Shown: positions 40,361 through 48,545 of the stretch, piece after piece | Position numbering within the stretch: the first letter of the stretch is position 1 | Layout: every line of letters starts with the position of its first letter | Source: an uncultured delta proteobacterium | GTDB taxonomy: Bacteria > Myxococcota > Myxococcia > SLRQ01 | Assembly: GCA_963727485.1 (NCBI GenBank) | Contig: CAVSGM010000002.1 | Coordinates: 128,001 to 192,000, forward strand | Direction: 5' to 3' | Length of the DNA stretch: 64,000 nt | Notes under the pieces: generated by a model | What the model was told of the DNA's origin: nothing | Database searches by the model: none | The model's input: only the letters and a program-made list of their open reading frames with translations | Program-made: the position numbers and the translations under genes

Positions 40361-40416
40361 CGGCGCGGGCGTGCCCGGGGGCCGACCGGGCACGCCGCTT
40401 CACCGGCGGGTCCGGG

Positions 40417-41712
40417 TCACGCCGCCCGCGTCTGCCCGGCGGCGTCCCGGAGCACCGCGTACTCGGCCGCCACGTCCCCCCGGAGGCCCTCGAGGTCCGG
40501 GATGAGCCCGGCGTCGGCGGCAAGGCCCACGCGCACCTCGCCGGCGTAGCTGACGATGCTCACGCCGAGGCCGATGCGGCCGCTCTGGGGGACCCAGGCC
40601 AGGACCCCCAGCGCCCGGCGCCCGGCGACGAAGACCGGCTCCCGGGGCCCGGGGACGTTGGTGAGCACCAGGCTCGCCTTGGCGGCGAAGAGGTCCACCG
40701 CGTAGGGCTCCAGGGGCCCGGGGAGGCGGCCGATGAGGCCGAGGATGGCGTAGGACACGGGGCCCTCGGGGGACGCCTTGATGGCGTCCATGCGCCTCGC
40801 CACCTCGCGCAGGCGCGCCACCGGGTCGGTGAGGCCCACGGGGAGCGCCGGGAACACCATCCCGAAGCGGTTGCCCAGGTCCGTGGGGATGTCGCCCTCG
40901 AGGGCCCGGAGGTTGTAGGGCATGGCCGCGTGGAGGTGGCGGCGCGGCGTGCCCCGGGCCACCAGGTGCCGGTGGAGGGCGCCGGTGACCGCGGCCGTGA
41001 GGACGTCGTTGACGGTGACCCCGAAGCGGTGGGCCACGTGCTTCACCTCGTCGAGGGGCCAGGGGTCGGTCCAGGTGGCCTGCTTGCGCACGTCCACGGC
41101 GCCGTTCACCGCGCTCCTCGGATCCGGGGGCAGGAAGAGGAGCTTGCCGGTGGCCCGGGCGGTGGCCAGCAGCCGGCGGGCCTGGGCCCAGGGGCCCACG
41201 GGCGGGGGCGGCAGGTGGGGCGTCACCCAGGCGCCCACCTCGCGCCCGCGGGCGTCGTCGGTGAGCGAGAGGAGGATCCGCGCCAGGGTCACCCCGTCGG
41301 CGAGGCAGTGGTGGAGCCGGGCCACGATCGCCGAGCCCCCCTCGAAGCCGTCGACCAGGGTCAGGGACCACAGGGGCCGCGTCGGGTCGAGGGGGCGCGA
41401 GAGGGTGTCGCCGACGAGGTGGGCGAGGGCGCGCCGGTCACCAGGGGGTGCCAGGTGGACCTGGGCGAGGTGGGCGTCGAGGGGCACCTCGGGCAGCTCC
41501 CGCCAGGTGGCCCGGCCGAAGGGGCGCCGGGGGAGGTCGACCACCGAGCGGAAGCGCGGGTAGCGTTCGACGACCCGGCGGCGCACCCGCTCGGCGAGGG
41601 CCGACGGATCCACGGGCCCGTCGAACCACAGGAGGCCGGTGATGACCATGAGGTTCTCCGGCCTGTCCATCCGGCCCCAGGCGAGGTCGGCCAGGGGTAC
41701 CTTTCCCGGCAT
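40417..41712 (-). CDS. wax ester synthase / diacylglycerol acyltransferase
   Basis: LDPTRPLW, HHCLADG, TVNDV, LGNRF and TNVPGP. Confidence 0.93.
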   Translation of the reverse strand: MPGKVPLADLAWGRMDRPENLMVITGLLWFDGPVDPSALAERVRRRVVERYPRFRSVVDLPRRPFGRATWRELPEVPLDAHLAQVHLAPPGDRRALAHLVGDTLSRPLDPTRPLWSLTLVDGFEGGSAIVARLHHCLADGVTLARILLSLTDDARGREVGAWVTPHLPPPPVGPWAQARRLLATARATGKLLFLPPDPRSAVNGAVDVRKQATWTDPWPLDEVKHVAHRFGVTVNDVLTAAVTGALHRHLVARGTPRRHLHAAMPYNLRALEGDIPTDLGNRFGMVFPALPVGLTDPVARLREVARRMDAIKASPEGPVSYAILGLIGRLPGPLEPYAVDLFAAKASLVLTNVPGPREPVFVAGRRALGVLAWVPQSGRIGLGVSIVSYAGEVRVGLAADAGLIPDLEGLRGDVAAEYAVLRDAAGQTRAA

Positions 41713-41821
41713 GGTGCACCTCCCGGATCGATCCTAGGCACCGGGGCGCGGGCAACGAGAGGCCGGGGCCCAGGGGGCCGGGGTGGCGCCGGGCCGCATT
41801 CCGGTCCCATGATGCCCGCCC

Positions 41822-43672
41822 ATGGCGACCCTGGCCCCGCACCCGCTCCCCAAGGCGAGCCCCGACGACGGCACCGTCCTCCGGTCGTTCCTGGGCACCT
41901 TCCGCTTCGCCGGCCGGGGCCTCAAGCTGGTGTGGGGCACCTCCCGGAGCCTGACGGTGTGGCTCGCGGTCCTCACCCTCGCCGCGGGCCTCGTCCCCGG
42001 CGGCATCGCCTACGTGGGCAAGCTCCTGGTGGACACGGTGATCCGCGCCGCCCGCACCGGCGCGGTGGCGGACAAGCACCTGGCCCTGACCTGGGTCGCC
42101 GTCGAGGGGGGCCTGGTGGTCGTGCTGCTGGCCTGCCAGCGGGGCCTCACGGTGGCCCGCTCGCTCCTGCGCGCCCGCCTCGGCCACCAGGTCAACGTGC
42201 AGATCCTGGAGAAGGCCTTGAGGATGAGCCTCCCCCAGTTCGAGGACTCGGGGTTCTACGACCGCCTCACCCGGGCGCGGCGTGAGGCCTCGACGAGGCC
42301 CCTGTCCCTGGTGAACCGCACCTTCTCGCTTGGCCAGAACGCGGTGTCGCTGGTCACCTACGCGGGCCTGCTCCTCTCGTTCTCGCCTTGGGCGGTGGGG
42401 GTGCTCGGGCTCTGCGGGCTGCCGGCCTTCGTCGCCGAGGCGAAGTTCTCCGGGGAGGCCTTCCGCCTGTTCAAGTGGCGCTCGCCGGAGACCCGGGAGC
42501 AGATGTACCTCGAGGTGCTCATGGCCCGGGAGGACTACGCCAAGGAGGTGCAGCTCTTCGGCCTCGGGCCGCTCTTCCTCGATCGCTACCGCGCCATCTT
42601 CGACCGCATCTACGGCGCCGACCGCGACCTCACCCTGCGCCGGAACCTCTGGGGCTGGGTGCTGGGCCTGGTGGGCATCCTCGCCCTCTACGGCGCCTAC
42701 GCCTGGACCGTGGTCGCCGCGGTCGCCGGGGCCATCACGCTGGGCGCCATGACCATGTACCTCGCAGTCTTCCGCCAGGGGCAGGGCGCCTTCACCTCGG
42801 GCCTCGACGCCATCGCCGGGATGTACGAGGACAACCTCTACCTCTCGACCCTCTACGAGCTCCTCGACGAGCCCACCCCCGCCGCCGGCGGCACCGCCAC
42901 CGAGGGGCCGGCGCCCGCCGACGGGGTGCGCTTCGAGCACGTCTCGTTCACCTACCCGGGGGCCTCGGCGCCGGCGCTCACCGACGTGAGCTTCCACCTC
43001 GAGCCCGGGGAGAAGCTGGCGGTGGTGGGCCACAACGGCTCCGGGAAGACCACCCTCATCAAGCTCCTCACCCGCCTCTACGTCCCCGACACCGGGCGCA
43101 TCACCCTCGACGGCCTCGAGCTCGGCGAGTGGGATCCGGAGGTCCTCCGGGCCCGGGTCGGGGTCATCTTCCAGGACTTCGTGCGCTACCAGCTCACCGT
43201 GGGCGAGAACGTCGGCGCCGGCGACGTCGGGCACTTCGAGGACGAGACCCGCTGGCAGGACGCCTCGGTGAAGGCCATGGCCGACGACTTCATCGCGCGC
43301 CTCGGTGAGGGCTATAAGACCCAGCTCGGGCGGTGGTTCCGCCAGGGCGTCGAGCTCTCCGGGGGCCAGTGGCAGCGCATCGCCCTGGCCCGGGCCTTCA
43401 TGCGCTCCCGGGCGCGGGTGCTCGTCCTCGACGAGCCCACCAGCGCCATGGACGCCGAGAGCGAGGCGGAGATCTTCGAGCGCTTCCGCCAGCTCACCGA
43501 GGGGCAGATGGCGGTGCTCATCAGCCACCGGTTCTCCACCGTGCGCATGGCCGACCGGATCCTGGTGCTGGAGGAGGGCCAGGTGGTGGAGCAGGGGAGC
43601 CACGAGGCGCTCCTCGAGCTCGACGGAGTGTACGCGCGGCTCTTCAAGATCCAGGCGCGCGGGTACACCTGA
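41822..43672 (+). CDS. ABC exporter, fused permease and ATP-binding domains
   Basis: TM domain, GHNGSGKTT, LSGGQWQR, LDEPT and ISHRFST. Confidence 0.93.
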   Translation: MATLAPHPLPKASPDDGTVLRSFLGTFRFAGRGLKLVWGTSRSLTVWLAVLTLAAGLVPGGIAYVGKLLVDTVIRAARTGAVADKHLALTWVAVEGGLVVVLLACQRGLTVARSLLRARLGHQVNVQILEKALRMSLPQFEDSGFYDRLTRARREASTRPLSLVNRTFSLGQNAVSLVTYAGLLLSFSPWAVGVLGLCGLPAFVAEAKFSGEAFRLFKWRSPETREQMYLEVLMAREDYAKEVQLFGLGPLFLDRYRAIFDRIYGADRDLTLRRNLWGWVLGLVGILALYGAYAWTVVAAVAGAITLGAMTMYLAVFRQGQGAFTSGLDAIAGMYEDNLYLSTLYELLDEPTPAAGGTATEGPAPADGVRFEHVSFTYPGASAPALTDVSFHLEPGEKLAVVGHNGSGKTTLIKLLTRLYVPDTGRITLDGLELGEWDPEVLRARVGVIFQDFVRYQLTVGENVGAGDVGHFEDETRWQDASVKAMADDFIARLGEGYKTQLGRWFRQGVELSGGQWQRIALARAFMRSRARVLVLDEPTSAMDAESEAEIFERFRQLTEGQMAVLISHRFSTVRMADRILVLEEGQVVEQGSHEALLELDGVYARLFKIQARGYT

Positions 43673-43690
43673 GGCCGGGTCCCCGGCGGA

Positions 43691-43790
43691 TGGCGGCAGC
43701 GTACAGGAATCGAACCTGCCGACGCCCTGGAGCGCAGGACGCCCACCGGTTTTGAAGACCGAGGCCGGCACCAGCCGTGCGTCCGCTGCC
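43691..43790 (-). tRNA. selC: tRNA-Sec(UCA)
   Basis: Minus strand reads GGCAGCGG..CGGCTGGTGCCG..TCGGT-CTTCAAA-ACCGG, a long variable arm, GCAGG-TTCGATT-CCTGT and CGCTGCC-G-CCA; 100 nt. Confidence 0.93.
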
Positions 43791-43890
43791 ACGGTCGATG
43801 TACCGGGACCGGGGAGGCCATGCAAGCACCGCCGGCGCAGGACTTGCCGGACCCCGGCGGACTGGGCAACCTTGCACCCTGGAGCCCCCC

Positions 43891-44805
43891 ATGTCGTCCC
43901 GTCTCCATGCCGCGGCCGGTGCCGCCGTCGCCCTGGCCCTCGGCGCCTGCGGAGGCCGTTCGCCGTCCCTGGCCCTGGCCCAGGGGCTGAACGATCCCCG
44001 GGTCCTGGCCGCGGAGGGCGGCGTCGTCTACTGGGCCGACGGGGACGGGCGCATCCACCGGGTCGGCGAGACCACCGACCCGACCCCGGACCTCCTGGCC
44101 CAGGGTCCCCCGGATCCGGTGGGCCTGGCTGTGAGCGCCACCCACGTGTTCTGGGCCACCGTCGACGGGGGTGTCTACAGGGTGCCGCTGGTCGGCGGCG
44201 GCCCGGAGGCCCTGGCCCAGGACGACCCGGTGACCGCCGGCCCGGTCCTCGACGACGACGACGTGTTCTGGGCCACCGCGGGCCACGTGGCGAAGGTCTC
44301 CCAGATGGGCGGCGCGATGCAGGTGATCGTCGGCGGCCGGCCCGGGCCCATGGGCATCCAGGTGGACCGGCTGCGCCTCTACTGGGCCGAGGCTGGCGTC
44401 GGCGGAAACGTGGGGGGTGCGCTCCTGGCCATGCCCAAGGAGGGGGGGCCGGTCTCGGTCCTCGCCGAGGGGCTCACCGGTCCCACGCCGGTGGCCATCG
44501 CCGGGACCGACGTGCTCTGGCTCGCCGGGGACGCGGTGGATCGGGTCCCCGGGGCCGGGGGCAGCACCGGCCTGGTCGCCGGGGGCCAGGCCCGGGCCCG
44601 GGGGCTCGTCGCCGACGGCGACGACGCCTGGTGGTCCGTGGACGCAGGGGACCTCGTGCACTCGTCCGTCACCGCCCCGGACCCGAAGGTGGTCTACGCC
44701 GGCGCCGGCACCCCCAAGGCCCTCGCCGTGGATCCCTTCGGGGTCTACTGGGTCGAGGCCGGCGACGGCGCAGGCCACGGGCGGGTCATGATGCTCCGGC
44801 GCTAG
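43891..44805 (+). CDS. lipoprotein with beta-propeller-like repeats
   Basis: Lipobox LALGAC and repeated P..LA.D...VYW units. Confidence 0.78.
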   Translation: MSSRLHAAAGAAVALALGACGGRSPSLALAQGLNDPRVLAAEGGVVYWADGDGRIHRVGETTDPTPDLLAQGPPDPVGLAVSATHVFWATVDGGVYRVPLVGGGPEALAQDDPVTAGPVLDDDDVFWATAGHVAKVSQMGGAMQVIVGGRPGPMGIQVDRLRLYWAEAGVGGNVGGALLAMPKEGGPVSVLAEGLTGPTPVAIAGTDVLWLAGDAVDRVPGAGGSTGLVAGGQARARGLVADGDDAWWSVDAGDLVHSSVTAPDPKVVYAGAGTPKALAVDPFGVYWVEAGDGAGHGRVMMLRR

Positions 44806-44817
44806 CGGGCGCCGCGA

Positions 44818-45237
44818 TCAGTTCACCGAGCAGCTGGCGGTCATCGCCGTCTCGTTGCAGGCGCAGCTCGGGCACTGGGTGGTGTCGCAGTTCCCGGTCC
44901 CGCCGCAGGTGGTGGTGCAGCCGCCCCCGGCGCAGGTCAGGGCGATGGTGCCTTGCCCGGTGGCGTTGACGGTGCAGTTGCCGCCGGCGCAGTCGAAGTT
45001 CACGTCGCCCTGGCCGGTCGCGTCGAGGGTGCAGCCCCCCTTGTCGCAGGTGAGGGTCGCCAGGCCCTGGCCGCCGGCGGTGTACGCACAGTCTGCGTCC
45101 ACGCAGTTCCACTCGCAGGCTCCGGCCCCGTCGCAGGCGCAGGCGTCCCCCTTGTGGCAGTCGGTCGAGGCGCCGCAGGCCCCCAGGGCGAAGGTGGCGG
45201 CAGCAAGCATCGCGAATCCAACGAGTGCAGGCTTCAT
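44818..45237 (-). CDS. small Cys-rich repeat lipoprotein
   Basis: Lipobox ALGAC, 19 Cys, and a recurring CxGGxCTxxATGQG unit. Confidence 0.82.
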   Translation of the reverse strand: MKPALVGFAMLAAATFALGACGASTDCHKGDACACDGAGACEWNCVDADCAYTAGGQGLATLTCDKGGCTLDATGQGDVNFDCAGGNCTVNATGQGTIALTCAGGGCTTTCGGTGNCDTTQCPSCACNETAMTASCSVN

Positions 45238-45353
45238 CAGGTCCTCCCAGACGAGATGTCACGAGATCTACCGGGAGACCCACCGTGGGCCCCCCAGTGT
45301 CGGATCACACGTTGGCAGAAGGGTCGGTCAGGAGAATTGATCCAGGTGCGGGC

Positions 45354-45392
45354 AAAGAAAAACCGCCGGCCGGCGCGAGGCCGACCGGCGGT
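45354..45392 (-). terminator. intrinsic terminator after the multiheme cytochrome gene
   Basis: Minus strand reads accgccggtcggc-ctcgc-gccggccggcggt followed by ttttcttt. Confidence 0.85.
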
Positions 45393-45415
45393 AGATGCCG
45401 CGTTCGGAGGAGGTA

Positions 45416-48079
45416 CTACGGCACGAGCAGGGTGCGCAGCTGACCCTGGGTCGCCGTGAGGACCTTCAGCACGAAGCTCGGGTTGTGGATGCCCTTGGTG
45501 CCGTCGTTCGACACCAGGCCGATGTTCCACAGGCTCTTCACCAGGATGCTGTCGGTCGCGTAGAGCGGGCTCCCGGAGGCATCGGTGAGGGTGCCGAGCT
45601 GGAACTGGACGTCGGTCACGTTGGTGCTGGAACCGTCGCTCCAGGTCACGTCGACGCCGGTGCCCAGGGTGAAGTCCAGGGCCATCTGGCCGTGGACCTC
45701 GGCCAGGGCCACCGCGGTGGGCACCTGGCTCAGGGTGATCGGACCCTGGGCGTAGAGGCCCGTGGCCGGATCGTAGGGCTTCACCTGGTAGGTGGTGCTG
45801 GCCCCGGTGCCGTTGACGATCCCCGAGAGGGTGCTCGTCACGACCTGGCCCACCATGGTGTCGAGGTCGTCGATGCCGGCCTGCACGTTGGCCTGGAGCC
45901 CCTTGCCGTTGACGTCGGGGCTGTGGCAGCTGGCGCAGATGCTGCTGTCGGGCACGAAGGTGTGGTTCGAGCCGCCGGTGTTCACCGACGCCGGCACGAT
46001 CTTCACGTGGCAGGTCGCGCAGGAGTCGCCGATGGCCGAGTGCACCGAGACGTTGTAGCCGTCGACGAAGTACGCGTTCTTGCCCATGAACACGTCACCC
46101 TGGGCGGCGACGTGGGGGCCGGAGTAGCTCGTCGGCGGGTTCAGGTCGTCGTGCTCGCCGTTGCGGCTGTTGTGGCAGGCGATGCACACGGTGCCCTTGC
46201 CCAGGCCACGCGCGGTGAACCCGCCAGGCAGCTTGACCGGGGTGCTCCCGTCGAGGCGCAGCTCCAGGGAGTGCGGATCGTGGCAGGAGGGGCAGGTCTG
46301 CGGCTGCACGTGGGCCTTGTCGAGGCCGATGGACGCCAGGTACGAGGCGGTGGCGTTGTTGCCGTCGGGGCCCTTCAGCCAGCCGGTGTCCCCGGCCAGG
46401 AGCTGGTCGGTGTACTGGGCGAAGCCCTGGGCGGAGTGGCACCGGCCGCAGTGGGCGGCCATGGCGCCCCGACCCTCGACCGTGGCCTCCTCGAGGGCGA
46501 GGTCGCGGTTGGCGTGCGGCGACTTCGACCACAGGGGGAACCGGTCGTGGTGCGGAGGCGCGTCGTGGCAGAAGGCGCAGTTGCGGGCGTCCCAGCTCAC
46601 GGTGGGCTTGTAGTTGGCGGTGTCACCGACGTGGGCGCTGCCCGGACCGTGGCAGTTCTCGCACTGGATGTTGCCGAGGTTCTTCAGGTTGTCCGGCAGG
46701 GCGGCGAAGTTGCCCGGCTTGTTCTCGGCCGGGTAGGTCCAGCCGTCGGCCTTGGCCACGTCGTCGAAGCCGCCGTTGTCGGCGGCCGGGTCGTAGCCCA
46801 CGGTGTGGCAGCTGATGCAGCTCTTGCCGTAGTGGCTGCCGAGCACGCCGTTGATCCCGTTCTCGAAGTGGTGGGCGTGACCGCTGTCCTTCCACTCGTT
46901 GTACTGGTTGAGGTCGGGGTCGAGGGTGCCGTTGTGGCAGTTCTTGCAGGTGTCGTTGACGCCCTTCCAGGTGGCGGCGGTGATGGTGATGCTGTTGCCG
47001 GTGGTGGAGTTGGTCACCGTGTAGTCGCCGTCGACGTCGGGGATGAACCAGGCGTTGCGCGCGGTGGCGTCGTGGAGGGTGGCGGTGGAGCTAGCCGGCT
47101 TGGCGGTGATGCTCCAGTCATAGGAGGTGACGGCGTTGCCACTGGAGTCGGTGGTCAGGTCGTTGGTCACCGCCAGGAGACCGCGGGGGAAGTTCTTCCA
47201 CGGGCCCACCCGGCTCATGGTCTGGACGGTCTGGTTGGCCGACGTGGTGAAGGTGCCGTCGCTCACGGTCACCTTGAACACGTAGGACATCTGGACCATC
47301 TGGTTGTTGGTGATGGGCATCATCTCGGCCCGCTCTTCGCGGTAGAGATTGTCCACGGCACCACTGTTGACGATGTCGTCGAAGCTGGCGGTGGTGAAGG
47401 TCGGGGTGGCGGTGTCGGCGCCGGTGAGGGTCGCCGTCGTCGGGCCACTGACCTGGGTCCAGGTGTAGGTGAGGTTCGAGCCGGTGGCGCCGGACACGGT
47501 CTCACCGAGGGTCACGTCCGAGCCGAAGCCGGCGAGGTAGACGGGATCCGTCGTCACCACGAGGGGATTGGTGCGATCGAGGGTGACCGAGACGTCGGCG
47601 GTGCCGCCGGCGATCAGGCTCACGCCCGTCACATCCTTGGTGGCGTAGTCGGAGCTCGCGAACTCGAGGCTGTAGACGCCGGCGGGCAGGGTCAGGCTGA
47701 AGTTGCCGTCGGTGTCGGTGGTGGCGGCGGTGACGCCGTCAGGCAGGGGGGCGGGGGTCACGGTGACGCCGGAGGCGCCGCCGCCGATGCTCGAGGTGAC
47801 CACACCGGTGAGGGTGCCGGTGGTCGTCCCGGGCTGACCATTGGTGAGGGTGATGGACGTGCCGTCGGCGCAGGTGATGGTCTTGGTGCCATCACCATTG
47901 TCGGTGGCCGTGCAGGACGTGCCCGCGGATCCAGTCGGACCCTGGGGACCGGCGGCGCCGGTGGTACCCTTGGGACCGGCAGGACCGATGGGGCCCTGAC
48001 AGGCGAACAGGAACGGGACCAGGAGGAGCAGACCAATCGTGGTGCCCCTGGAAAGTCCATGATGCGTGCGGTTCCGCAT
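45416..48079 (-). CDS. nonaheme c-type cytochrome lipoprotein with collagen-like and beta-sandwich N-terminal domains
   Basis: Lipobox LFAC, (GXY)n repeat, YTWTQVSGP, and nine CxxCH: CKNCH, CISCH, CENCH, CAFCH, CGRCH, CPSCH, CIACH, CATCH, CASCH. GGAGG RBS upstream. Confidence 0.93.
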   Translation of the reverse strand: MRNRTHHGLSRGTTIGLLLLVPFLFACQGPIGPAGPKGTTGAAGPQGPTGSAGTSCTATDNGDGTKTITCADGTSITLTNGQPGTTTGTLTGVVTSSIGGGASGVTVTPAPLPDGVTAATTDTDGNFSLTLPAGVYSLEFASSDYATKDVTGVSLIAGGTADVSVTLDRTNPLVVTTDPVYLAGFGSDVTLGETVSGATGSNLTYTWTQVSGPTTATLTGADTATPTFTTASFDDIVNSGAVDNLYREERAEMMPITNNQMVQMSYVFKVTVSDGTFTTSANQTVQTMSRVGPWKNFPRGLLAVTNDLTTDSSGNAVTSYDWSITAKPASSTATLHDATARNAWFIPDVDGDYTVTNSTTGNSITITAATWKGVNDTCKNCHNGTLDPDLNQYNEWKDSGHAHHFENGINGVLGSHYGKSCISCHTVGYDPAADNGGFDDVAKADGWTYPAENKPGNFAALPDNLKNLGNIQCENCHGPGSAHVGDTANYKPTVSWDARNCAFCHDAPPHHDRFPLWSKSPHANRDLALEEATVEGRGAMAAHCGRCHSAQGFAQYTDQLLAGDTGWLKGPDGNNATASYLASIGLDKAHVQPQTCPSCHDPHSLELRLDGSTPVKLPGGFTARGLGKGTVCIACHNSRNGEHDDLNPPTSYSGPHVAAQGDVFMGKNAYFVDGYNVSVHSAIGDSCATCHVKIVPASVNTGGSNHTFVPDSSICASCHSPDVNGKGLQANVQAGIDDLDTMVGQVVTSTLSGIVNGTGASTTYQVKPYDPATGLYAQGPITLSQVPTAVALAEVHGQMALDFTLGTGVDVTWSDGSSTNVTDVQFQLGTLTDASGSPLYATDSILVKSLWNIGLVSNDGTKGIHNPSFVLKVLTATQGQLRTLLVP

Positions 48080-48178
48080 TGCTGCGACTACCTCCTCCCG
48101 CGGCTGGGTTGAATCCGATGCGCGACCGGGGATCGGTCAACTGCGCTGCCTGCGCGCAGGGCATCGCGGCACGCAAAG

Positions 48179-48193
48179 GCAAGGGGCGTACCA
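48179..48193 (-). promoter_or_regulatory. sigma54 (-24/-12) promoter of the multiheme cytochrome gene
   Basis: Minus strand TGGTACGCCCCTTGC against consensus TGGCACG-N4-TTGC, about 100 bp upstream of the ATG. Confidence 0.75.
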
Positions 48194-48545
48194 CCCCTTA
48201 CCGGAGCGTCACCCGTTCCCGGCGCAGCGCCTGCGCGGGTGTCGCCGTCGTCGACACCGTGGCGGGGGGGCCTGGCGCAGGAATTCCGAAAGCCGCGGTT
48301 TTCCTGCGCGAGGTCGCCAGTGCGGATCCAGGACCGCCGGCGACCGGCGTCAGACGGAGTGATCCAGGTCAGGAATCGGGTCCGTCTGGAGAGTCATTCT
48401 CCATCCCGGCGGGCTCCTCCCCCGACCCGTCTACGCAGCATCCCCCGCGCCGCGACACGGAAATTGCGTACAGGACCCCCGCTTCACGCACGCGGTGCGT
48501 GCGCATTCCTGCGCGACGACGACGCCCCCTGCGCGCCGTGCCCCC

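Noticed and set aside
18707..43790. Genomic island integrated at tRNA-Thr or tRNA-Sec
   Set aside because: I found no duplicated tRNA 3' end and no integrase, and the flanking genes have host-like composition.
1883..48112. Very long antisense or alternative-frame ORFs (e.g. 1883..4321, 25945..28695, 33947..37435, 45395..48112)
   Set aside because: These are shadow ORFs caused by stop-codon scarcity at high GC. They overlap well-supported genes and carry no recognisable motifs.
48080..48540. GEMM-I cyclic dinucleotide riboswitch upstream of the multiheme cytochrome
   Set aside because: The ACGCAAAG-like word (~48171) is on the wrong strand and I could not find the GGCAAA..GAAA stem. An Rfam scan would settle it.
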